Assembly: GCA_964545075.1 (NCBI GenBank)
Contig: CAZJFS010000005.1
Coordinates: forward strand, 2,319 to 66,318
DNA length: 64,000 bases
Origin: an uncultured bacterium
GTDB taxonomy: Bacteria > Muiribacteriota > UBA9980
Direction: 5' to 3'
Below the pieces are notes generated by a model. It saw nothing but the letters and a program-made list of their open reading frames with translations. It had not been told where the DNA came from and did no database searches. Made by a program: the position numbers and the translations under genes. This document shows, piece after piece, positions 48,174 to 56,233 of this stretch (positions within the stretch are counted from its first letter, which is position 1; each line of letters opens with the position of its first letter).

Positions 48174-50840
48174 ATGCTTTATAAAAAAATTAAAATGAAT
48201 TTTTTCCCTGCCGCCCTGGCGTTACTTTTTCTTTTGTCTTTTGTCGCGCCATCTTTTTCATTTGACTTCCCGGTAAAACCGTTTGAGGAATATAAGCTCA
48301 TCGCTTATAAGCTCAATACCTACAAGCAGGCGTTTAAACCGGATAATAAATCCATCTCGCCGGGTCTGGACTATTTGAAAAAACAATACGAGTTGACCTT
48401 GGAAGAACTCGGAATCAAAAAAGGCGAGCTGGTAAATATTTTTAACGTGGCGGTTTCAAAGGATGAACGTGAGGCCGTCAAAACCATTACGGATTATATC
48501 TGTAACGTCGCGAATTCCGATCCGTCATATCCGGCGTTTAACTCCCTCCGTGAAATGTTCATACAAAAGATAAATTTTGAAATGATTTCATCCGGTGACA
48601 ACGCTGAGCGTAAAGGCTTTCTTGTGAAAATAAAAACGGAGCTTGGAAACAAGATCCTTGTCGGTTCGACTCCGATAATAACTTCCGCTTTCGATAAAAA
48701 AAACGTTAAAGCTAAAGTTCCGATATACATATCCTTTCACTGGCATATGCACCAGCCGATATACTGGCCTTATGAAGATATGGTTGCGACCAATAACAGG
48801 GGCGTTTATTCATACAGCCTTTTAGATGTTATGTCCAGTCGCGCCGGAGCTTATACCACGTGGCCGTATGATGCTGTAAAAGCGGCAGCCGATGCCGGAC
48901 TTCCAAACGCCGGAGCGCAGGTCAGCTTTTCCGGCTCTCTAATAGAGGATTTAAATTCAATAAAAAAAGCCGGGCTTGGTTTCAATAACTGGGAGTCCGG
49001 TTACAGCGCCGGAAGAAATTTAAAGACGGCTCTTGGAAATCCGCGCCTGGATATGGTCTCGTTCGGATTCCATCATCCTCTGATGGCGCTCATCGATTAC
49101 GAGGACATAAGAAAACAGATACAGGCCCATAGAAAGATAACGCTCGATACTTTCGGTAACTCGGTAAGTTATTCGAAAGGGATATTCCCGCCGGAGAACG
49201 CCTTCGCCGAGTGGATGATACCCGCTCTCGTCGATGAAGGGTTACAGTGGGTATTCGTGGATAATATTCACTTTTCCCGCGCATGTAAAAACTATCCGTG
49301 GGTGAAGGGTGAAAATCTTTTTCCGCCGAACACCGCCGATCAACAAAACCCCGATCCGAAGAACTGGGTCCAGCTTTCCGGCCTCTGGGCGCCGTCGAAG
49401 ATCACTCCGTGGTCGAACCGGCCTTACTACGTGGCATATAAAGATCCGGCAAGCGGAAAGCCACAGATGACGCCGGACGGGAAGCTCGCGAAAATGATAG
49501 CGGTGCCGACCGATCGCTATATGGGAAATGAGGACGGCCGCGGCGGTTTTGGCGCGCTCAATTACGAACAGGTCATGAGCCAGCTTGAAGAATATAATAC
49601 CGACCCGAAGCACCCGATCCTTATCGTACTTCATCATGACGGCGATAATTATGGCGGCGGCTCGTCGGGCTACTACCATGATAATTTTAATGGTTTCGTG
49701 AATTGGGCTAAATCAAATTCCGAAAGGTTCGTATGCACGACGGTGCAGGATTATCTCGATAAATTTCCGCCTGATGCCGAAAATATTATACATGTTGAAA
49801 GCGGTTCCTGGGCGGGAGCTGACAACGGCGATCCTGAATTTTTAAAATGGAACGGCGATCCGGATCCTAAAACCGGTTATTCGCCTGACAGAAATTCATG
49901 GGGCGTTATTACCGCCGCTAAAAACTATGTTATGACGGCGAACCAGGTCGCGCCGGATTCGGACGAGACGAAAAACGCGTGGAGATATATGCTCGTGAGC
50001 GAAACGTCATGTTATGAATATTGGGATGGGACTGAAATGTGGGACAGTCATCCGACGCGGGCCGCGAACATCGCTGTCGCGTTCGCTAAAAAAACATTGG
50101 ATATGAATAGCGGATTCGAGGATAAAACGCCGCCGACGATTTATAAACCCCAGCGGGAGCCCTATAACCCGGGAGGAATGGAATGGGGCGCGTTTCCTAT
50201 GCCTGCGGATTTCACCGTATGGACCTACGCTTATGATATGAGCGGGCTTAAGTCCGTGAGCCTTCAATACGTTACGGTGGAAAACGTTGGTGACAGCCTG
50301 ATTACGGCGGCCGCGTGGACGAACGTTCCAATGGCCGGGAAGCCGATAGCGTCTCAGACCAATCCGAAACCCACGGTTAAAGCGCTTGAATATTCGTATA
50401 AAATTTCAGGAAAGAAGAACGTTACTTACGCATACAGGATCGCCGCCGAGGACGAGCATGGAAATATAGGATATTCTCCCGTTAATTACGTTCACGTAGG
50501 CGATACGCCGGCCTGTCCGGAGCCAGAAAAATCCTGCTGGACGCCTGAAAATCCGGGTCCTGATGATGCCATAATCATAACGTCGTCGAAACCCGGAAAA
50601 CTTCACTGGGGGATCAACGGCTGGAAGATACCCGCCGAATCGCTGTGGCCTTCGGGAACGGTAAAATGGAGCGATGGAAAAGCCGTCGAGACGCTTCTGG
50701 TTCAATCCGAAGACGGTAAATCTTACCGCGCGAAATTAGGGCCGTTCGGAAAGAGCGGCGCGCCGGTTGAAGCGGTGAATTTCGTTTTTCATAATGCCGA
50801 CGGGACATGGGGAAGCGATAAAATCATAAGCATAAAATAG
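48174..50840 (+). CDS. Large secreted glycoside hydrolase-like protein (GH57-like HxHQP motif).
   Basis: A signal peptide is present. SFHWHMHQPIYWP resembles the GH57 region-I motif. The size is 888 aa. The family assignment is tentative. Confidence 0.45.
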   Translation: MLYKKIKMNFFPAALALLFLLSFVAPSFSFDFPVKPFEEYKLIAYKLNTYKQAFKPDNKSISPGLDYLKKQYELTLEELGIKKGELVNIFNVAVSKDEREAVKTITDYICNVANSDPSYPAFNSLREMFIQKINFEMISSGDNAERKGFLVKIKTELGNKILVGSTPIITSAFDKKNVKAKVPIYISFHWHMHQPIYWPYEDMVATNNRGVYSYSLLDVMSSRAGAYTTWPYDAVKAAADAGLPNAGAQVSFSGSLIEDLNSIKKAGLGFNNWESGYSAGRNLKTALGNPRLDMVSFGFHHPLMALIDYEDIRKQIQAHRKITLDTFGNSVSYSKGIFPPENAFAEWMIPALVDEGLQWVFVDNIHFSRACKNYPWVKGENLFPPNTADQQNPDPKNWVQLSGLWAPSKITPWSNRPYYVAYKDPASGKPQMTPDGKLAKMIAVPTDRYMGNEDGRGGFGALNYEQVMSQLEEYNTDPKHPILIVLHHDGDNYGGGSSGYYHDNFNGFVNWAKSNSERFVCTTVQDYLDKFPPDAENIIHVESGSWAGADNGDPEFLKWNGDPDPKTGYSPDRNSWGVITAAKNYVMTANQVAPDSDETKNAWRYMLVSETSCYEYWDGTEMWDSHPTRAANIAVAFAKKTLDMNSGFEDKTPPTIYKPQREPYNPGGMEWGAFPMPADFTVWTYAYDMSGLKSVSLQYVTVENVGDSLITAAAWTNVPMAGKPIASQTNPKPTVKALEYSYKISGKKNVTYAYRIAAEDEHGNIGYSPVNYVHVGDTPACPEPEKSCWTPENPGPDDAIIITSSKPGKLHWGINGWKIPAESLWPSGTVKWSDGKAVETLLVQSEDGKSYRAKLGPFGKSGAPVEAVNFVFHNADGTWGSDKIISIK

Positions 50841-50844
50841 GGTT

Positions 50845-52011
50845 TTATTTATAAAACTCGTAGAAATATCGCACGGCCGATTCCGGTTCGCTGAAGCTCT
50901 GATACCGGTATTTTATCTTTTCCACGATATTTTTCAGGCAGTCGTATTTATAAGTTATTTTATATATTATTCCGTCTCTTGAATTATATTTAATTTCCTC
51001 TATTAAATTTTCTGAATCGTCATACCGGTATCTTATTCTATATTCTATTGACTCATCTTCATTTAGGTTCGTCTCTTCGGTTAATTTATTGCTTTTATTA
51101 TATGCGTACATAAAACGCCGGGAAAGCTTGGAGCCGATGTATTCGGCGGTTTCCGTCAGATTTCTTAAGGCGTCGTATTTGTAAGTCGTCTTAATATCCA
51201 TATTGGATTGAAGGTTGTGGCGCATTTCCAGCGTTTTATTTTTATTCGCGTCGTATTTATAATTTTCGATTGATATCGTTTCATCATCGGGGCCATAGGA
51301 TATCGTTTCGATCAATTGGCCCGCTTCATTGTATTTGAGAGCTTGTTTATATGAAAGAACGTTTTTTTCATAGTATGATTCAAAGGTCTTGTTTCCGCGC
51401 GCGTCATATTTATAAACATATCTGAAGTCTACCGTGCCGTCGAAGATGCTGCAGATGAAGTCCGTTTCGAATCCGCGCGCGTCGTATTTATGAATGATTT
51501 TTTTGTCGAGGGAGTTGCCGTAAAACCACGACTCTTCCGTTAGTTTAGAGTTGGCGTCGTATTTATAAGACGCCGAGCTTTCGATGCTTTTGTCCGCCTT
51601 GAAATCTATCTGCCTTTTTTTCAGGGATTTTTCGTCGAATATATTCAGGCTTCTGAAGGAAATATTTCCGGCTTCGTCATAAGAAATATTTTCGGACAAG
51701 TTTCCGGCGCGGTCATATTTAAGTGTCGTTTTTTTTATGCCGGCGTTTTCTTTAAGGCCCTTGTTGTAAGAATATTCAAATTCGGTTATTGACTTTACGC
51801 GTTCCCTTATTATTTTTTCACGGTATTTATCGGGCGGTAAATTATTATCGTAATTCCCAGCCATTAAGGGCGGGCGTGATAGGGTGAAAAATAAAATCAT
51901 TAAAATTATCGTGAAAATCGATTTATAATTATTCAAAAAATCAACCTCGTTTAAAATTAAAAAATATTGTTTATTCAATATTGTAGCAGGTTTTTGATTT
52001 TTTTTCCACAA
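50845..52011 (-). CDS. YD/RHS-repeat protein (small, membrane-anchored or secreted).
   Basis: An N-terminal TM helix is present. At least 7 repeats of Y(K/R)YDxxxxLTEE occur, for example YKYDANSKLTEE and YKYDARGNKTFE. Confidence 0.6.
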   Translation of the reverse strand: MWKKNQKPATILNKQYFLILNEVDFLNNYKSIFTIILMILFFTLSRPPLMAGNYDNNLPPDKYREKIIRERVKSITEFEYSYNKGLKENAGIKKTTLKYDRAGNLSENISYDEAGNISFRSLNIFDEKSLKKRQIDFKADKSIESSASYKYDANSKLTEESWFYGNSLDKKIIHKYDARGFETDFICSIFDGTVDFRYVYKYDARGNKTFESYYEKNVLSYKQALKYNEAGQLIETISYGPDDETISIENYKYDANKNKTLEMRHNLQSNMDIKTTYKYDALRNLTETAEYIGSKLSRRFMYAYNKSNKLTEETNLNEDESIEYRIRYRYDDSENLIEEIKYNSRDGIIYKITYKYDCLKNIVEKIKYRYQSFSEPESAVRYFYEFYK

Positions 52012-52131
52012 AAAAAACGCGTGGAAATAAAAATCATTAAATCATAATATAATTTCGCCGAAAAATTATGGATAATGTATCAAAGATATGTTATAATTAA
52101 TAAAAAATAAATTAAAGGGGTGTTCTATATA

Positions 52132-53310
52132 ATGGGTTTAATGAAGTTAATATCTCAACTCGACGCTTTAGATCATAAAATGCACGGCACGGATTTTTTG
52201 CATACATGGAAAAAATCCGATGACCAGATAAGCGCGACGCTTCTTACGGCGCAGATATTAAAAAAATTATATGAAGAAGGCAAAAGTTGTAAAGTATTTA
52301 AATCAGGCCTCGCCATTTCCAACTTCCGCGATAATTCAACGAGGACCAGATTCTCTTTTGCTTCCGCTTCCAACCTTTTAGGGCTCACGGTACAGGATCT
52401 CAATGAAAGCACTTCCCAGATCGCCCATGGCGAAACGGTCCGCGAAACGGCCAACATGATTTCGTTTCTTACCGAAGTTATCGGTATCCGCGATGATATG
52501 TATCTCGGCGAAGGGCATAAATATATGTGCGAAGTCGGAGAGGCTCTCGATGACGGTTACAAGAACGGCGTTTTGCACCAGCGGCCTTCGATAGTCAATC
52601 TGCAGTGCGATATCGATCATCCGACCCAGTCGATGGCCGATCTTTCACATCTCATAAATTACTATGGCGGAGTAGAGAAGCTCCAGGGTAAAAAAATAGC
52701 CATGACGTGGGCTTATTCGCCCAGCTACGGGAAGCCTCTTTCCGTGCCGCAGGCCATCATAGGCCTTATGTCGCGTTTCGGTATGGATGTCGTTCTCGCT
52801 CATCCCGAAGGCTACAACCTCATTCCCGAAACGCTCAAGATTTCCGAAAAGAATGCGAAAAAGTCCGGCGGCAGCTTTAAAGTCGTTAAATCGATGGAAG
52901 AAGCATTCAAAGGCGCCGATATAGTTTATCCGAAATCATGGGCTCCTTATAGCGTAATGCAGACCCGTACGCCCCTGCTTCTGAAAAAAGATCTGGAAGG
53001 CTTGAAGAATCTTGAAAAACAGTGCCTTGCGAATAATGCCAAGCACAAAGACTGGGAATGCACTGAAAAAATGATGAAACTTACAAAGGGTGGAAAAGCC
53101 CTTTATATGCATTGCCTGCCCGCCGATATTTCAGACGTGTCATGCAAGGAAGGCGAAGTTTCAGCTAAAGTGTTCGATAAATACAGAATTGAAACTTATA
53201 AGGAAGCCGGTTATAAGCCTTTCGTTATCGCCGCCATGATGCTTCTTTCGAAATTCAAGGATCCGGCCAGGACCCTTGCGTCGCTCAATAAAAGAAGATT
53301 CGCCGAATAG
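52132..53310 (+). CDS. ygeW: YgeW-type knotted carbamoyltransferase (putative oxamate carbamoyltransferase).
   Basis: The STRTR carbamoyl-phosphate motif is present. There are long stretches of near-identity to E. coli YgeW as recalled: SGLAISNFRDNSTRTRFSFASA, SQIAHGETVRETANMISF, HPTQSMADL, KKIAMTWAYSPSYGKPLSVPQ and ALYMHCLPADIS. An AAAGGGG RBS lies before the ATG at 52132. Confidence 0.85.
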   Translation: MGLMKLISQLDALDHKMHGTDFLHTWKKSDDQISATLLTAQILKKLYEEGKSCKVFKSGLAISNFRDNSTRTRFSFASASNLLGLTVQDLNESTSQIAHGETVRETANMISFLTEVIGIRDDMYLGEGHKYMCEVGEALDDGYKNGVLHQRPSIVNLQCDIDHPTQSMADLSHLINYYGGVEKLQGKKIAMTWAYSPSYGKPLSVPQAIIGLMSRFGMDVVLAHPEGYNLIPETLKISEKNAKKSGGSFKVVKSMEEAFKGADIVYPKSWAPYSVMQTRTPLLLKKDLEGLKNLEKQCLANNAKHKDWECTEKMMKLTKGGKALYMHCLPADISDVSCKEGEVSAKVFDKYRIETYKEAGYKPFVIAAMMLLSKFKDPARTLASLNKRRFAE

Positions 53311-53387
53311 TTCGATTCCAAAAAATTGAAGAATGGGGCGCGGCGGAAGTCCGCCCCCGGTAAATTTAAACAGAGGGATGATTGCTG

Positions 53388-55049
53388 ATGAGTAAAGAGT
53401 TGATTTTGAAGGAAGCTAAAAATTATGAGAACGATATGATCCGGTTCATGCGCGATCTTATAGCTATTCCCGGTGAATCCTGCAAGGAAGAAAACGTTAT
53501 TAGACGCATAAAAACCGAAATGGAAAAAGTCGGGTTTGACGAAATCATGATCGATAAAATGGGGAATATTATCGGCAGGATCGGCGACGGCCAAACTAAA
53601 ATAATGATGGACGCTCATATCGATACGGTCGGTATCGGCGACCGTACCGCCTGGAAGATCGATCCATACAATGGCGAATTCAAGGACGGGATAATATACG
53701 GGCGCGGAGCCTCCGATCAGCGCGCGGCCATGGTCGCCATGGTTTACGCCGGCGCTATAATAAAAAATCTTAAGCTTAAGGACGATTATACGCTTTATGT
53801 TACCGGAACCTGCCAGGAAGAGGACTGTGACGGCCTTCCTCTTTTGCATATGATCCGCGACGAAAAGAAGATCGTTCCCGATTACGTCGTTATAACGGAA
53901 CCGACCAATCTCAACGTTTATCGCGGCCATCGCGGCAGAATGGAGATCAAGGTCGTTACGAAAGGATTGTCATGTCACGGTTCGGCTCCCGAACGCGGCG
54001 TCAACGCGGTTTATAAAATGATGCCCATAGTTGAAGGGATAGAAAAATTGAACGACAGTCTCGCTCCAAATAAATTCCTTGGAAAAGGAACTATAACCGT
54101 TTCAAAGATAGAATGCAAGACTCCATCGTTATGCGCCGTACCCGACGAATGCACTATTTATATCGATCGCCGCCTTACCGCCGGCGAAGATATGAAACTC
54201 GCCGTATCACAGATACAGAAGATCGTCTCGGCTACGGCTCACTCAAAGGACGCGCGCGTCGAGGTTCTTCAATATGAAGAAAAATCATGGACCGGCCTCA
54301 CCGTCGGCCAGGAAAAATATTATCCGACATGGGTATTGCCGGAAGATCACGTTCTTACTCAGGCTATGGCGAAATCGGCTGAAATAGCTACCGGCCATAA
54401 AACCAAAATCGACAAATGGACATTTTCGACAAACGGCGTCGCTTCCATGGGACGGCTTGGAATTCCTACGATAGGTTTCGGCCCTGCTCATGAAGTTTAC
54501 GCTCATTCCATAAACGACCAGGTACCCGTTGAGCATATCGTAAAGGCCGCCGCCGTTTATGCCATGTTTCCCGAGATTTTCACGAAGATGCTCGCCGAAG
54601 AGATAAAAGCCGGAAAAGACCCTAAAAAGGTCGTAATGGAAGTCGAAGCTGAAGCGCCCGCGGAAAAAACCGTCAAGGCTAAACGCGGCCCCGGCAGACC
54701 GCCAGCCAAAGCCGTCGCCAAGAAAAAAGCAGGCAGACCGGCCAAGAAAGCGGGAAGGCCCGCAAAAAAAGCCGCCGCGAAAGTTGAAAAAGCCCCGAAA
54801 AAACGCGGCAGAAAACCGGCCGCTGAAAAAGCCGTTAAAGTTTCGAAAAAAATCGAAAAACAGCCGAAAACGTCAAGGACGCTTGACGACGTACTCAAGC
54901 TTCTAAATATCGGCGTAACTTCTGAAAAAACGGCGAAAAAAGCCGGCAGGAAACCCGGCCCGAAACCCGCGAAGAAAGCGGGAAGACCGGCGAAAAAGAC
55001 CGTCGCCAAAATAGCCGGCAGAAGACCCGGCAGGCCGGCGAAAAAATAA
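53388..55049 (+). CDS. ygeY: YgeY-type M20 family peptidase/deacylase with a C-terminal Lys/Ala-rich AT-hook-like extension.
   Basis: The M20 core (about 400 aa) matches E. coli YgeY as recalled: IPGESC, MDAHIDTVGIG, VTGTCQEEDCDGL, YRGHRGRMEI, HGSAPERG and IGFGP. An extra tail of about 150 aa carries GRPAKK and KRGRKP repeats. Confidence 0.8.
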   Translation: MSKELILKEAKNYENDMIRFMRDLIAIPGESCKEENVIRRIKTEMEKVGFDEIMIDKMGNIIGRIGDGQTKIMMDAHIDTVGIGDRTAWKIDPYNGEFKDGIIYGRGASDQRAAMVAMVYAGAIIKNLKLKDDYTLYVTGTCQEEDCDGLPLLHMIRDEKKIVPDYVVITEPTNLNVYRGHRGRMEIKVVTKGLSCHGSAPERGVNAVYKMMPIVEGIEKLNDSLAPNKFLGKGTITVSKIECKTPSLCAVPDECTIYIDRRLTAGEDMKLAVSQIQKIVSATAHSKDARVEVLQYEEKSWTGLTVGQEKYYPTWVLPEDHVLTQAMAKSAEIATGHKTKIDKWTFSTNGVASMGRLGIPTIGFGPAHEVYAHSINDQVPVEHIVKAAAVYAMFPEIFTKMLAEEIKAGKDPKKVVMEVEAEAPAEKTVKAKRGPGRPPAKAVAKKKAGRPAKKAGRPAKKAAAKVEKAPKKRGRKPAAEKAVKVSKKIEKQPKTSRTLDDVLKLLNIGVTSEKTAKKAGRKPGPKPAKKAGRPAKKTVAKIAGRRPGRPAKK

Positions 55050-55096
55050 ATCAGTAAATTCTAATATAACAATATATTTGGAAGGCAGGTCAGCAA

Positions 55097-56035
55097 ATGA
55101 AAAAAGCGGTTATCGCCGTTGGCGGCAACTCACTTATAAAAGACAAAAACCATCAGACTGTTCAAGATCAATATCTGGCCGTTTGCGAAACCGTTCATCA
55201 TGTAACCACGATGATCGGCAAAGGTTATAACGTTATTATGACCCACGGAAACGGCCCTCAGGTCGGCTTCATATTAAGGCGGTCGGAGATCTCCGCGACC
55301 GAACTTCATGAAGTTCCTCTTGATTCATGCGGCGCCGACACGCAGGGCGCTATCGGCTATCAGATCCAACAGGCTTTTTATAACGAATTTAAAAAGCAGA
55401 ACATAAAAAAAGACTGCGCGACCGTGGTTACCCAGGTGCTCGTCGATAAAAACGACCCGGCGTTTAAAAATCCTACGAAGCCTATCGGTTCGTTCATGCC
55501 TAAAGACGAGGCTGACAAGCGCGTTAAAAGCGATGGCTGGAACGTCAAGGAAGACGCCGGCCGTGGTTATCGCCGCGTCGTGGCTTCACCTATGCCTAAA
55601 CGCATCGTTGAAATAGAAGCTATCAAAAAACTCGTAGATTCAGACTTTCTTGTCGTCGCCGTTGGCGGCGGCGGAATTCCGGTCCTGGAAGACGATAAAG
55701 GAAATCTTAAAGGCACGGCTGCCGTTATTGATAAGGATTTCGCGTCGGCGCTTCTGGCCGCCGAAGTAAAAGCGGATGTCTTTATTATAACTACGGGCGT
55801 TGAAAAAGTCTGCATAAATTACAATAAGCCCGATCAGAGGACTATCGATAAAATGACGATGGCCGAAGCCGAAAAATACATGGCGGAAGGCCAGTTTCCC
55901 GCCGGCTCCATGGGTCCGAAGATCCAGGCGGCTATAATGTTTCTTAAGAACGGCGGCGAAAAGGTTATAATCACCTCACCCGAGTTTATCGGAAAAGCCG
56001 TTAACGGCGAGACCGGAACGCACATAACGAAATAA
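55097..56035 (+). CDS. arcC: Carbamate kinase.
   Basis: The AVIAVGGNSL N-terminus, the amino-acid kinase fold and the size (312 aa) fit. It is co-oriented with ygeW and ygeY. Confidence 0.8.
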   Translation: MKKAVIAVGGNSLIKDKNHQTVQDQYLAVCETVHHVTTMIGKGYNVIMTHGNGPQVGFILRRSEISATELHEVPLDSCGADTQGAIGYQIQQAFYNEFKKQNIKKDCATVVTQVLVDKNDPAFKNPTKPIGSFMPKDEADKRVKSDGWNVKEDAGRGYRRVVASPMPKRIVEIEAIKKLVDSDFLVVAVGGGGIPVLEDDKGNLKGTAAVIDKDFASALLAAEVKADVFIITTGVEKVCINYNKPDQRTIDKMTMAEAEKYMAEGQFPAGSMGPKIQAAIMFLKNGGEKVIITSPEFIGKAVNGETGTHITK

Positions 56036-56065
56036 CGCGTTCCGCTTCAAAGTTAAGCGCAAACC

Positions 56066-56108
56066 ATAAATAATAAAGGGGCCGTCAAAAAAGATGATTT
56101 TTGAAACG
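56066..56108 (+). terminator. Rho-independent terminator after the carbamate kinase gene.
   Basis: GGGCCGT-loop-ACGGCCC followed by TTTTTT. Confidence 0.65.
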
Positions 56109-56233
56109 GCCCTTTTTTAAATTACTATTAATAATAAACGGATATTATTTGTTTGTTAAAATATCCAGATACTATTTTCGGGTGTGAAAATTTTTTATGA
56201 TGTAATTGCTTTAGATATAATAACAAAAAGGCC

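Noticed and set aside
54557-55009. 150-aa minus-strand ORF under the YgeY tail.
   Set aside because: It is generated by the GC-rich repeat DNA that encodes the Lys/Ala-rich tail on the plus strand. It is the antisense of a repeat.
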